This document shows positions 1 through 9,528 of a DNA stretch of 64,000 nucleotides, piece after piece (position 1 is the stretch's first letter; each line of letters starts with the position of its first letter). The DNA comes from a virus. The position numbers and the translations under genes are program-made. Where the stretch lies: the IMG/VR virus record IMGVR_UViG_3300007512_002775, positions 10,948 through 74,947 of that record; one strand, written 5' to 3'. The notes beneath the pieces were generated by a model. That model was not told where the DNA came from. It searched no databases and was given only the letters and a program-made list of their open reading frames with translations.

Positions 1-438
1 ATCCTCTTCGGTCAGCTCCTTGAACTCTTTGCCCGGCACCAGGCCGCCCTCAGGCAGCTCGCTCTCGGGGATGTCCGAGTTGATGGCCAGGTCAGTGGCG
101 TAGTTGTGAATGATGTGTGGAGTCATCCGCCGTGAGGTGGTGTGCTCCAGAGCGAGGTGCATGGCCTCATGCTTGAGGAGTCCCTTGACCTGCGCAGCCG
201 TCAGGCCGGCGAGGAACCGAGGGTTCCACCACATGTGGACATCGCCGTCCTTGGCGAGGACGCCGGCAGTCGGGATGGCCTCTGTGCGCTCGTAGTTTAC
301 GCCGCGAAGGACCCCTGCGAAGAAGGGCTCTTCCAGCATCATCTTCACCCGATGCGGCTCGAGGTCGAAGGCGGCAGCAAGCTGCTCATCGACGTGACCG
401 ACCGGGGCGATGTCAGTGCTAGTGGTTTGTTTGTTCAC
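1..438 (-). CDS. Putative metallopeptidase, DUF2201 N-terminal-like (runs off window edge; missed by ORF track)
   Basis: Manual translation from GTG at 438: MNKQTT...EPFFAGVL...IPTAGV...MWWNPRF...GLLKHEAMHLALEH...NYATDLAINS; HExxH motif; AGGGAG RBS and promoter upstream. Confidence 0.8.
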   Translation of the reverse strand, partial: MNKQTTSTDIAPVGHVDEQLAAAFDLEPHRVKMMLEEPFFAGVLRGVNYERTEAIPTAGVLAKDGDVHMWWNPRFLAGLTAAQVKGLLKHEAMHLALEHTTSRRMTPHIIHNYATDLAINSDIPESELPEGGLVPGKEFKELTEED

Positions 439-459
439 TCAACTCTCCCTTACAACACC

Positions 460-487
460 ATAATACCACAGCTGTGGACCTTTTGCA
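460..487 (-). promoter_or_regulatory. Class A promoter-like motif (TGCAAA-N16-TATTAT)
   Basis: Matches recurrent TGTAAA-N16/17-TATAAT motif, intergenic, upstream of the 1-438 CDS. Confidence 0.6.
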
Positions 488-502
488 CCGGGGCGACGAT
501 CT

Positions 503-691
503 TTATCTATTAGCACTCGCCACCAGAAACGGCATCGCGAAAAAATCGAAGACCAACCCTAATCCGCCCAACCCGCTTGTGAGCAGATAGAGGATTGCCG
601 AGGCCGGTTTGGCCAGGTAGAAACGATGGACTCCGAACGAACCAAAGAAGAAGAGGAACCCATAAGCCCACAGAATCGACTTTTTTTCCAC
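503..691 (-). CDS. TM2-domain small membrane protein
   Basis: AYxxxxFxGxFGVHRFYLxK...LYLLTxGLxGLGxxxD signature. Confidence 0.85.
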   Translation of the reverse strand: MEKKSILWAYGFLFFFGSFGVHRFYLAKPASAILYLLTSGLGGLGLVFDFFAMPFLVASANR

Positions 692-748
692 AAGCGCCTC
701 CGTTGCAGCACCATCATACTACGCTTTGACGAGACTTGCACCCAGGAT

Positions 749-991
749 TTATTTGATCCTCTTTTCACGAGCTGTCGCTTCCAGTTCTTTGAGAAAGGAT
801 CTTCTCATATCGTTGAGACGCTTAAACTCTGCACGGCGCCGAGCATCGACTACGAGGCCCTTTGGCTTCTTGACTTCTCCGTCGATGAGCATCTCATCGA
901 AGTTGTAGAACTTGATGCGTGAATCTTTAGCCGAAGCTACCGACGAGAAACTCAGTAGGGACAGGACTAAGATCGCACGAAAAACATTCAC
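749..991 (-). CDS. Secreted CglF/GltF-like (adventurous gliding) small protein
   Basis: Signal peptide then YNFDEMLIDGEVKKPKGLVVDARRRAEFKRLNDMRRSF, resembling the myxobacterial CglF pattern DFxDDxIEGDxxKPDGxxVxAR...LIxxRxxF. Confidence 0.6.
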   Translation of the reverse strand: MNVFRAILVLSLLSFSSVASAKDSRIKFYNFDEMLIDGEVKKPKGLVVDARRRAEFKRLNDMRRSFLKELEATAREKRIK

Positions 992-1000
992 GCATATTAA

Positions 1001-1237
1001 TTAGTCCTCTGCCGGCAGAGACGGAGCACATTTTTCACACACTAGACGCAGAACGTCACCTGCGCAATCCACGATCCACGTATCTGCGTCACGCACCAAA
1101 TCAAAACCAGCACTACACTCAGTACATGCAGTCGGCAAACCAGACATTGCATCGGTTACTTCTTGCAGCTGCTTTTTAGCTTCTTTGACGTGCTCTTTTT
1201 CTCGCTTCCTCTTGAGTTTGCGTTCGATACTAGACAC
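1001..1237 (-). CDS. Hypothetical Zn-ribbon protein
   Basis: Basic N-terminus, CTEC...CEKC pairs; coupled to neighbours. Confidence 0.65.
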   Translation of the reverse strand: MSSIERKLKRKREKEHVKEAKKQLQEVTDAMSGLPTACTECSAGFDLVRDADTWIVDCAGDVLRLVCEKCAPSLPAED

Positions 1238-1604
1238 TCATTTCCTCCCAGTTTCCTTCGTAATTAGTGTATCGCACAGTGCTAATACCAACATCACGAA
1301 TGAGCTCCATGCAGTGATGACACGGTTTAGCCATGGCAAACTCATGGGCACGCTTTAAAAATCGCATGACTTCCAATGTGTCTCCAGGTCGTGCAAACCG
1401 TAAAACATTCATCTCAGCATGCATGTGTGCACTGTACGTACCATCCGGATACTTCCGCTTAAACCTCGGGTGCGTTTTACTAGTGTTTGTTCCCAGCCTG
1501 ACCACTCTTCCTCTTCTGCGCAGTATGGCAGCTAAGTGATACGTTTGCCCGTTGTTTAGCGCTCGATCACGCGCTCGGTAATACACTCGACATGTTACCT
1601 CCAA
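1230..1604 (-). CDS. Cytidine/dCMP deaminase-superfamily Zn enzyme
   Basis: HAE (HMHAEM) and PCxxC (AKPCHHC) motifs. Confidence 0.8.
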   Translation of the reverse strand: MEVTCRVYYRARDRALNNGQTYHLAAILRRRGRVVRLGTNTSKTHPRFKRKYPDGTYSAHMHAEMNVLRFARPGDTLEVMRFLKRAHEFAMAKPCHHCMELIRDVGISTVRYTNYEGNWEEMSV

Positions 1605-1620
1605 AAATGCTAATTCAATA

Positions 1621-1980
1621 TTAATCAGCAGAGTCTGATTTTACAAAATTCGGATGAGGCTGCAAATGTTGAAAGTCGTGCCCTCGAATGATTGCCACGG
1701 TACCATTGACTAGCACACGACGAATTCGTTGGTGCTTAGACAGTTGACGACGACGACCGTCGCGCAAACGATAAGGCCTTGGTCGACGAAGCTCTACATC
1801 GTCTCCTAAATAAACGATTGAGGCTTCTTGAGATATAAACCCCCACTCCGCCATATCAGCAATCACCTTAGAATGGATCATCAGCCTGAAATCTGGATGA
1901 GTAGAGTACTTGCGAAGCGTGCCAACCCACGGAGGGACCAGCTGCAACAACATACCCTTTTCTAGTTCTCCTACTTTCAC
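1621..1980 (-). CDS. Hypothetical phage protein
   Basis: MKVGEL-type start typical of small phage beta-barrel ORFs; fits gene packing. Confidence 0.55.
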   Translation of the reverse strand: MKVGELEKGMLLQLVPPWVGTLRKYSTHPDFRLMIHSKVIADMAEWGFISQEASIVYLGDDVELRRPRPYRLRDGRRRQLSKHQRIRRVLVNGTVAIIRGHDFQHLQPHPNFVKSDSAD

Positions 1981-1988
1981 AGAAGAAG

Positions 1989-2240
1989 TTAGGAAATACC
2001 AGCACTATCAAACGGGTCTACGAATCGATCAGTTGTAGGCCGTAGAGTCTCATGTAGCTCGAAACCGTGGGACCCATCAGCATGATGACCTGGAACTAGA
2101 GCAACGAGCTTGCAACCCGGATGCTTCTTCTCAACTTCCAATTTGGCATTGCCGCGAAGGAGCGGCGCCGAAATATTCATGACTCGAGTGGCAAACGTCT
2201 TCGACTCGATCAGGACGGCGGTATAAGGTCGTGCGTGCAT
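1989..2240 (-). CDS. Hypothetical protein
   Basis: AAGGAG RBS; fits gene packing. Confidence 0.6.
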   Translation of the reverse strand: MHARPYTAVLIESKTFATRVMNISAPLLRGNAKLEVEKKHPGCKLVALVPGHHADGSHGFELHETLRPTTDRFVDPFDSAGIS

Positions 2241-2249
2241 ATCTCTCCT

Positions 2250-2576
2250 TTAGTTAGCAACCACATCTTCAGTAACTTGTTGTGCAGCATCGCGTACGTC
2301 ATTGGCGACGCCCAAAATGGCGTACCCACAAATATCTTCCCAGGGGCTCTCTCCGAAGGCATCCTTCCGATTGGCCAGGCGAAAGAGTTTGTCGATGACT
2401 CGCACGATGGCAAGTGCATCACGATACTGATCCGCTTTGATACCGTTTGGGTAGAGCACCTCGAGGATCTTGCTAGCATGACCGAACGAGTCTCCGTACG
2501 CTGCATTCTTCTCAGCAACCAAGCTACCAATACGATTGCCAATCTCCTCGTATACACTCAATGCAGGTTCAGTCAT
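2250..2576 (-). CDS. Nucleotide-modification-associated (Nmad1/DUF1599-like, MazG-like fold) protein
   Basis: EKNAAYGDSF...RVIDKLFRL...ESPWEDICGYAIL motif series; start adjusted to MTEP. Confidence 0.7.
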   Translation of the reverse strand: MTEPALSVYEEIGNRIGSLVAEKNAAYGDSFGHASKILEVLYPNGIKADQYRDALAIVRVIDKLFRLANRKDAFGESPWEDICGYAILGVANDVRDAAQQVTEDVVAN

Positions 2577-2652
2577 ATAGATATTCCTTTCCGTTGATGC
2601 AGGTGCCCACACGAGCGGCCAGCGTGCTTTCTCTTGCGCTTGTCACACTGGC

Positions 2653-2681
2653 ATTATATCACGGATCACCGCCAGTTTACA
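2653..2681 (-). promoter_or_regulatory. Class A promoter (TGTAAA-N17-TATAAT)
   Basis: Exact motif in intergenic gap. Confidence 0.7.
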
Positions 2682-2723
2682 TTCAGTGTGCCCACTTTTT
2701 GTATTATGAAATTTAGACGACTG

Positions 2724-3365
2724 TTACCTGAGCAGGTTTTCCATCCACCCTGTCACCATCGGGCCGCTAGTGCCTTCAGAAAAACTCACGACGACCATTT
2801 CTTCATCTAGCAACCACGCAATGGGCAAGGTGACTCCACCGTTGTTTATGGATCTGGGCAAAGTGGCCGCGGGATCTGACAGCACTCTGAAAGGGATGCT
2901 ACCATACGTTTGAAGCATGTAATCTTCAAACGCGGCGAGGGTTGCTCTTCCCGCAGGCTGACGCGCAGAATCTTCGAACAGAGTATAGTATACTACGCCA
3001 CCTCGATCCTTCCAGTCTTCAGCTATCATGGCCAAATAGTCAAACTCTACAATGCATGCGCCACACCACTCAGTAGCTGACACTACAAGGATCGCTTTGC
3101 TGCCGCAGTGACTCTTGATGTTGACGCCTTCCCAATCGGCGTTCGGATAGCGAGTCGATGGAAAAGTATCCCCGATAGAAAAACCGACAGGATTATCCAG
3201 GTTGGGACAAGCTACTGTAACCGGAGTCGATGCGGAGTCTTCTTGCTGGCTGGCGTCAACAGCTGCTTCGTTATTCGACGTGCTTACAGAGCCTCTTCTT
3301 TCTACTCCACACGCTACAAAGGCGGCTGCCAATACAATGCAGCCAAATTTTACGATAGTTTTCAT
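2724..3365 (-). CDS. Thioredoxin-fold (TlpA/redoxin-like) lipoprotein
   Basis: Lipobox-like AAAFVAC, WCGAC active site, later LP motif. Confidence 0.75.
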   Translation of the reverse strand: MKTIVKFGCIVLAAAFVACGVERRGSVSTSNNEAAVDASQQEDSASTPVTVACPNLDNPVGFSIGDTFPSTRYPNADWEGVNIKSHCGSKAILVVSATEWCGACIVEFDYLAMIAEDWKDRGGVVYYTLFEDSARQPAGRATLAAFEDYMLQTYGSIPFRVLSDPAATLPRSINNGGVTLPIAWLLDEEMVVVSFSEGTSGPMVTGWMENLLR

Positions 3366-4282
3366 CTCTTTTTTACCTCTATGTTAAACTCTTCTTTGGA
3401 GGCCCCCCGAAAGACATCTGACACAATCAATCCTCGGCTGCCGATATCGGGGTGGGTCCAATTCTTTCTGTCAAAAACGTAGTAACTGATATCGGGCTCG
3501 ATACTATCAGGCAACGTCTTCATGAATGTTTTAGCGCGGCGGTGGGGCGTATCCCACTTCCTGACCAGTACGTGCAGGTGGGCAGACGAATTCTGGAGGC
3601 AGCCCTTCCACGCCCTATCCAGCCAGTGATCGTAGGTTGCATCGAGCCAAACGACGTGTTGGGGCTTAAGGCGACAAAGGCTTCCTTCTCGGGCTGCAGA
3701 GCTCAGGGCACTGCCTCCAGCTGAGTAGCCGGCAAATACTAACTTCAAGTCCCACGGTACACTACCATGGCGCATGAGGCCCCACACGTCCAAATGTTCC
3801 ACCACGTCCGCCATGAACACTGCGAGAGAATTCTTCTCTCGCCACACTTTGCCCTGTCGCCCGCGGGGCGTCTTAGTATTGGTCGACCACGGCATCTCGG
3901 GAATCACCATTGCCACCGGTCGTTCTTCAGTCGATATTCGTTTGAGCATCGGAATGAGACGATTGCGAAAAGTCCTTTCGGAAAAACCGCGAAGTCCATG
4001 GAGCCATATGACTAAAGTCAATTGAGCAGGATGGGCGTGTTCGGGAACGACTAGTATTGTATCACGACGGCCGTTTTTATGCAATCGATCTCGTCCACCG
4101 TTGGTTGGTGAAACAAAGATCCACGAAGTCGAAGGGAATTCCGAATCCTTGATAGCTCGCTGCCATCGTTCAACAGTTTGGGGATAAACGCCCAAACCAG
4201 TGTATACGCTCTTTAGTGGAGGCCCCGCAGCAATCAACAGCGAAGCTGCTAGCAAAACAGCTATTCGCCTAAGGCCGGTCAT
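3362..4282 (-). CDS. Secreted alpha/beta-hydrolase-fold protein
   Basis: Signal peptide, WLHG, GYSAGG nucleophile elbow, LDA, C-terminal His. Confidence 0.7.
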   Translation of the reverse strand: MTGLRRIAVLLAASLLIAAGPPLKSVYTGLGVYPQTVERWQRAIKDSEFPSTSWIFVSPTNGGRDRLHKNGRRDTILVVPEHAHPAQLTLVIWLHGLRGFSERTFRNRLIPMLKRISTEERPVAMVIPEMPWSTNTKTPRGRQGKVWREKNSLAVFMADVVEHLDVWGLMRHGSVPWDLKLVFAGYSAGGSALSSAAREGSLCRLKPQHVVWLDATYDHWLDRAWKGCLQNSSAHLHVLVRKWDTPHRRAKTFMKTLPDSIEPDISYYVFDRKNWTHPDIGSRGLIVSDVFRGASKEEFNIEVKKR

Positions 4283-4676
4283 CCTTCATGCCTTTGCCGT
4301 ACCACCTGGCATTTCGACCGCGGACATCATAATGAGTAAACGTCTTGTATAAGCCCACTCCGCCTTTCTTCATCGCGCCCTCTGCAATCAACGCTTCGAT
4401 GGCCGCCTTAACCTCCGTCGGCGTCAACCCGGCCACTTTGATATCGGCCGCCTTAGCGAGCATGTGTTGGCTCCTTCTAGCGCCACCTATCTTGCGATTA
4501 TAAGCCGGAGATCTATAACCACTGATAACCCGAATCGGTTTCCCTAGCTGTTCTCGCAGGATCTGTAAATTATCGGCTAACGATTGGGCATTATCTAGGA
4601 GCTCGGAGGGCACATCAGACCCATCTCTGCAGCTAAACTCGCTCAAATTAAAATTTTTAGTGAGCTGGCCAGGCAT
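4269..4676 (-). CDS. Peptidase M15A (D-Ala-D-Ala carboxypeptidase-like), probable endolysin
   Basis: LTKNFNLSEF, ISGYRSPAYN, SQHMLAKAADI, FTHYDVRG; start moved to MPGQ to avoid overlap. Confidence 0.85.
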   Translation of the reverse strand: MPGQLTKNFNLSEFSCRDGSDVPSELLDNAQSLADNLQILREQLGKPIRVISGYRSPAYNRKIGGARRSQHMLAKAADIKVAGLTPTEVKAAIEALIAEGAMKKGGVGLYKTFTHYDVRGRNARWYGKGMKDDRP

Positions 4677-4680
4677 TCCC

Positions 4681-5004
4681 TCAGCTCTCTCCGGAGGAAC
4701 CGCCTGAACTACCGGTAGCTGACTCGGTTTCAGAATCTCCATCGCTGGGGGTTGTTTCGGAGTCTTCCGGGGGCGCACCAGCCACGCGATCGCCCTCTGG
4801 ACTATGTTGAATAGTAACATGAACCATCGCATCAGGATCACTCCATTTAGTAGTTTGCCAATTCGTTATGACTATTACTTGTAAGTCTTGAACAGCTTCG
4901 CGCAGTTCTTCATTCTTAAATAAAAACTCAGCTATCGCAAGACGAACCTGTTCTTCTGTTAGCCGCGCCGTAGCTACGACTTGGGGTTGCTGCTCTTCAC
5001 TCAT
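4681..5004 (-). CDS. Hypothetical acidic protein
   Basis: Fits packing; GGTGAG RBS. Confidence 0.6.
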   Translation of the reverse strand: MSEEQQPQVVATARLTEEQVRLAIAEFLFKNEELREAVQDLQVIVITNWQTTKWSDPDAMVHVTIQHSPEGDRVAGAPPEDSETTPSDGDSETESATGSSGGSSGES

Positions 5005-5008
5005 CTTC

Positions 5009-5191
5009 TCACCTAATTGATACGTGCGATTTAAGAACATCGTCTAAACTTTTTACGATCGAAGATAGAGTCCATGCGGCATCCTGAGCTCTCATTTGAG
5101 CCATAGGGTTGCCCTTGCCTTCTATTTTTTCGAACTCTTCTCTGGCGAATTCTCTTAATTGCACTAACATTTTTACTTCTTTATCACTCAT
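5009..5191 (-). CDS. Hypothetical protein
   Basis: GGGAG RBS; fits packing. Confidence 0.6.
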   Translation of the reverse strand: MSDKEVKMLVQLREFAREEFEKIEGKGNPMAQMRAQDAAWTLSSIVKSLDDVLKSHVSIR

Positions 5192-5239
5192 TTTTTCTCC
5201 CTGTTTCTAATGTAATGATATTACTATCAACATAAACCT

Positions 5240-6493
5240 TTATTTGAACTGATCAGCTTCGGTTGATTCTTCCATGGCCAAAGTAGATGCCTGCGCACCA
5301 GAAATGCACTGAGCGACGAGGTCAAAATAACCAGTCCCTACTTCTCTCTGATGCTTGACAGCCGTATAGTCCGATTCATCGGCAAGCTGAAATTCATCTT
5401 GCTGCAATTCAGCGTACGCTGACATGTCTCGCGCTTCATAATCCAAAGCTAATTCGAACATGCCAAAATTGAGAGCGTGAAAACCGGCCAATGTAATGAA
5501 TTGAAACTTGTATCCCATTGCACTCAGTTCACGCTGAAACTCAGCGATGGTAGCATCATCTAAATTCTTCTTCCAATTGAAGCTGGGAGAACAATTGTAT
5601 GCTAAAAGCTTTCCTGGAAACTCTCCGTGGATGGCTTCGGCAAATCTTTTAGCTTCGGCCAAGTCTGGTTTAGAAGTCTCGCACCAGAGTAAATCTGCAT
5701 AATTCGCGTAACGTAAACCTCGCGCGATAGCCATGTCTAGGCCACCAGTAATGTGATAAAAGCCTTCCGGCGTGCGCTCTTTACTGGTAATAAAGGGCAG
5801 ATCTTCGTCATCAATGTCTGTTGTCAACAACCTAGCACTATTCGCATCAGTGCGCGCAATCAAAACAGTGTCGGTGTCCATTACATCAGATGCTAATCTT
5901 GCAGCAATCAATTTTCTGATAAATTCTGAGCCTGGCACGAGCACCTTTCCGCCCAAGTGACCACACTTTTTGGCAGAACTCAATTGATCTTCAAAATGTA
6001 CACCGGCAGCGCCGGCACGTATCATAGACTTCATCAACTCAAACGCGTTCAACGGTCCTCCAAACCCGGCTTCGGCGTCTGCTACGATAGGTGCAAACCA
6101 GTCCCTAATAGTCCGGCAATCATTTTCGGCCCATTCAACCTGATCTGAGCGCTGCAGCGCATTGTTAATTTTTTGTACCAACATTGGGACGCTGTGCACG
6201 GCATAAAGACTTTGATCCGGATACATGGCGTGAGAATCATTGGCATCGGCGGCCACTTGCCATCCAGAGCAATATATGGCGGGTACCCCAGCTTTTACCA
6301 TTTGCATCGCTTGATTCCCTGTGACTGCTCCCATAGCATGAGTATAATCTTCAGTCAACAAAAGGCTCCACAGACGATCTGCTGCTGCTTGAGCAAAGGG
6401 AGCTTCTTCAGGCTGCGACCCTTGAAGCGCGTGTACTGCGTCAACGGAATAGGGGCGATCTATTGGAGGGACGGCTAAAGGGAGGCGGCTCAT
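5240..6493 (-). CDS. aceA: Isocitrate lyase
   Basis: SGWQVA, YPDQS, DAEAGFG, KKCGH catalytic motif, [25 protein letters not shown]. Confidence 0.97.
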   Translation of the reverse strand: MSRLPLAVPPIDRPYSVDAVHALQGSQPEEAPFAQAAADRLWSLLLTEDYTHAMGAVTGNQAMQMVKAGVPAIYCSGWQVAADANDSHAMYPDQSLYAVHSVPMLVQKINNALQRSDQVEWAENDCRTIRDWFAPIVADAEAGFGGPLNAFELMKSMIRAGAAGVHFEDQLSSAKKCGHLGGKVLVPGSEFIRKLIAARLASDVMDTDTVLIARTDANSARLLTTDIDDEDLPFITSKERTPEGFYHITGGLDMAIARGLRYANYADLLWCETSKPDLAEAKRFAEAIHGEFPGKLLAYNCSPSFNWKKNLDDATIAEFQRELSAMGYKFQFITLAGFHALNFGMFELALDYEARDMSAYAELQQDEFQLADESDYTAVKHQREVGTGYFDLVAQCISGAQASTLAMEESTEADQFK

Positions 6494-8064
6494 TGAATTA
6501 TAATCCTTTCGTAGGCCGGGAGGGTTAAAAACTCAGGGAGCACTTCGGCCGTACAAAGCTCCATGAATAACTCAACTGCTTCTTGCAGTCGTGGAGAATC
6601 GTGCTTCTTTAGCACGAGCCCTAATTCCTGCTGTAATCTTCCCGGAGTAATGTCGTCGCCTTCTGCATCTTGCATCCCGTAACGTATCCATTGCCAAACT
6701 TGAGTACGAGAAATTTCAGCAGTCGCGGCGTCCTCCATAAGGTTGTTTAAGGGAACACAGCCTTGGCCTGCTAACCATGCTGCAAGGTACAATACACCTA
6801 CTTCAACATTTTGCCTCAGGCCGGCTGCAGTAATGAGACCAATTGGAGGCCGCGTGAGTGAGACAGTCAGTCGCACTTCCTCAATATTACTCCATCCGTT
6901 CCTGAGTGACATTTGGTTGGCCCCCAACATGTGCTTACTAAAAATTTCTTCTGCCACTGGTACCAACGCTGGGTGAGCGACCCATGTGCCATCGTGGCCG
7001 CGCAAAACTTCGTGCAGTTTATCAAGACGCACTTTATTCATCGCAGCTGCATGACCGGCGATGTCCCCTTTGATCGGTATTTGCGCAGCCATCCCTCCCA
7101 TCGCATGACACCCTCTGCGGTGGCATGTATCTACCAATAGCTTCGCGTACGCTTCCATAAACGGGGTGTCCATTCCAATGAGTGCACGGTCAGGAGTGAC
7201 ACGATCGGATGTGTCGGCAAAACATTTAATGTAACTAAAAATATAATCCCAACGGCCGCAATTTAAGCCAGCAGAATGATCTCGTAGGGCCCATAAAATC
7301 TCGTGCATTTGGAAGGCCGCCGGAAGGGTCTCGATCAGGACCGTGGCTCGAATGGTACCAGTAGGCCATTCGAATGCTTGTTCTGTCCAAGCAAAGATCT
7401 TCGCCCACCAAGCGGCTTCTTCCCACCGTTCTAATTTAGGTAAATAAAAAAACGGCTTCTTAGAACCAGCAGTAAAAACTTCAGCGTTGTGCCATGCATA
7501 CAGCCCAAAATCAAACAAGGCAGCCGGAACCGTTTTACCATATAAAGAAAAATGAGCTTCTCGTAAATGAAGCCCCCTCGGCCGCACGAACAAGACGGCC
7601 GGATCATCTTGTAGCCTGTATGTTCCTTTAGTGGGATGCTCATAAGTGATGTGGCCTCGTAAAGCATCTTTAAGGTTTAAATGCCCTTCTAATAACGCCT
7701 CCCAAGTAGGAGATAAGCTGTCTTCGAAATCTGCCATATAGACTTTTGCGCCCGAATTAAGGGCATTAATAATCATTTTTCTGTCGGGCGGTCCAGTGAT
7801 CTCTACTCGACGATCTAGAAGCTCCGAGGGCGGGGGAGCCACTCGCCAATGCCCTTTGCGAATTTCTAGGGAGTCTGGAAGGTAGCCAACGTTGCAACGG
7901 GGATCGGCTTGGCGATCTCTTCTTGCCGCCAAAAGATCATCTAGTTCGGGGCCAAAGCGTTGTACGAGGCTAGCCAAGAAACCTACAGCATCTTCAGCCA
8001 ACACCGAACTAGCTAATTCGTGATCCACGTAACTCACGCCATTTAGTCTTTTAGTTTGAGGCAC
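6490..8064 (-). CDS. aceB: Malate synthase A
   Basis: [62 protein letters not shown]; overlaps aceA start. Confidence 0.97.
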   Translation of the reverse strand: MPQTKRLNGVSYVDHELASSVLAEDAVGFLASLVQRFGPELDDLLAARRDRQADPRCNVGYLPDSLEIRKGHWRVAPPPSELLDRRVEITGPPDRKMIINALNSGAKVYMADFEDSLSPTWEALLEGHLNLKDALRGHITYEHPTKGTYRLQDDPAVLFVRPRGLHLREAHFSLYGKTVPAALFDFGLYAWHNAEVFTAGSKKPFFYLPKLERWEEAAWWAKIFAWTEQAFEWPTGTIRATVLIETLPAAFQMHEILWALRDHSAGLNCGRWDYIFSYIKCFADTSDRVTPDRALIGMDTPFMEAYAKLLVDTCHRRGCHAMGGMAAQIPIKGDIAGHAAAMNKVRLDKLHEVLRGHDGTWVAHPALVPVAEEIFSKHMLGANQMSLRNGWSNIEEVRLTVSLTRPPIGLITAAGLRQNVEVGVLYLAAWLAGQGCVPLNNLMEDAATAEISRTQVWQWIRYGMQDAEGDDITPGRLQQELGLVLKKHDSPRLQEAVELFMELCTAEVLPEFLTLPAYERIIIQ

Positions 8065-8908
8065 TATTTTTCTCCAGCACAGGGATGATTTCTTCTTCTA
8101 ATATTCTAATCGTCTCTTCGGGCCCAGAAGTCGAAAATGAACCTCCACTCGAAGCCAGAGCTGACCATAGACTGTGATCATTGCCTCCGGGATCACACTT
8201 ATCCCCTATAAACCAAATAGGGCGCGCAGAGAAGTGCTTCAAGGCATGCGTTTTATCCCACCCCTTTGGATATATGTCGATCGATGTGACTCCCCCCAGT
8301 GCAAACTCTACATCCGCGAGGCCTAAATCATCTAAAGCTCCCCTCAAACTCTCGCAAAGCCTCGCGCGAATATTTTTCTTTTCGTCTAATCTAGCAAAAG
8401 CCTCCCGATCAACAGAAGTTGCGTCACGACCTATGGGAGACCAATTCAACGTTGCTGTTCTATATGAAACAAAATTCCCTGTCACGTGATTAAATCCTTG
8501 GTTGTCGTCAATAAATTGCAACTGTAATTCCAAAATACGCCTAATCAAAACTGTGTATACACTCTCATCATTGTAAGAAGCAAGGTAATCTCTAAAATCC
8601 AGGCCGTACTCTTGAATAAACTGCCGATGTTCAGTAGACCAAACAAAGAGCTGCGTTCCATTACAAGGCATTATCGTAAAAGATGCAGCCGGAAGAGAAG
8701 CAATTGAATTCCAAGCCAATGCTGCTTGACTCTCTATATACGAAAAAGGACTCCCGCTCACGATTCCAATATCGGCCAGCCTTGAAAGTTTTCGAAGAAC
8801 AGGAACCATGGACCACTCCAACGACTCTCTAGGTGGAGTAATTGTGCCATCAAGATCAAAGAGAATCAATGGTTTGTTTTTACTCACGGCTTCCTGCAGT
8901 TTCGACAC
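8051..8908 (-). CDS. Phosphomannomutase, eukaryote-type (HAD IIB, PMM2/SEC53-like)
   Basis: FDLDGT-TPPR, NWSPIGR, GGVTSIDIYPKGWDKT, FIGDK...GGND. Confidence 0.85.
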   Translation of the reverse strand: MSKLQEAVSKNKPLILFDLDGTITPPRESLEWSMVPVLRKLSRLADIGIVSGSPFSYIESQAALAWNSIASLPAASFTIMPCNGTQLFVWSTEHRQFIQEYGLDFRDYLASYNDESVYTVLIRRILELQLQFIDDNQGFNHVTGNFVSYRTATLNWSPIGRDATSVDREAFARLDEKKNIRARLCESLRGALDDLGLADVEFALGGVTSIDIYPKGWDKTHALKHFSARPIWFIGDKCDPGGNDHSLWSALASSGGSFSTSGPEETIRILEEEIIPVLEKNSASN

Positions 8909-8969
8909 ACCAATACCTACGATTGTAACAATGGCCGCAATTGAGTTAACACTGGATTTTTAGCGGCGT

Positions 8970-9491
8970 TTAGTGCCTCAGCCGTCTTTTTAATTTGGCG
9001 TGTATAAGCACAGTAGAAGCGGGCTGAGCCGGAACCTTGAAAAGATCCATGCTGGTTTCATGAAGTAAATCAGACCCTTTTCTTTGGTTGCATCGAGTAC
9101 AGGCTAATACTACATTTTTCCAAATATGTTTGCCACCTCTAGAGCGAGGCCGCACATGATCTACGGTAGATTCCGGAAGAGAAAGTTTCTCTTGACAATA
9201 TTGACATTGACCACAGTCGCGAAGATAGAGATTCATCTTCGTTAATCGCGCTGGCCCGCAGGCGGTCTTTATGCGTGCCGCAATTACCCCGCTGGTGAAC
9301 CTGACTTTAGACGGAAACGGATGAGGCCCTGACGGGGTACCTATTGTCATCTCTTTATAGGTTTCAACAACTTCTGCTCGGCCGCCACACACGGCAGAGA
9401 GAGCTCTCTTCCACGTGGTCTGGAACAAGGGTTCATATCCAGAACTTAACATTAGTACAGGCGCAGAGATTGCGCATGAGACATCATGCAT
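8970..9491 (-). CDS. HNH endonuclease
   Basis: LYLRDxxxCQYC...TVDHVRPRSRGG...WKNVVLACxxCNxxK. Confidence 0.92.
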   Translation of the reverse strand: MHDVSCAISAPVLMLSSGYEPLFQTTWKRALSAVCGGRAEVVETYKEMTIGTPSGPHPFPSKVRFTSGVIAARIKTACGPARLTKMNLYLRDCGQCQYCQEKLSLPESTVDHVRPRSRGGKHIWKNVVLACTRCNQRKGSDLLHETSMDLFKVPAQPASTVLIHAKLKRRLRH

Positions 9492-9528
9492 AGATTACCT
9501 CAACTAACTCTATTTTTAACTATTCTGC

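Noticed and set aside
110-513. Plus-strand ORFs at window start
   Set aside because: Antisense to the HExxH peptidase gene at 1-438
8970-9491. HNH as a mobile intron-encoded homing element
   Set aside because: Free-standing, interrupts no gene, resembles common stand-alone HNH proteins
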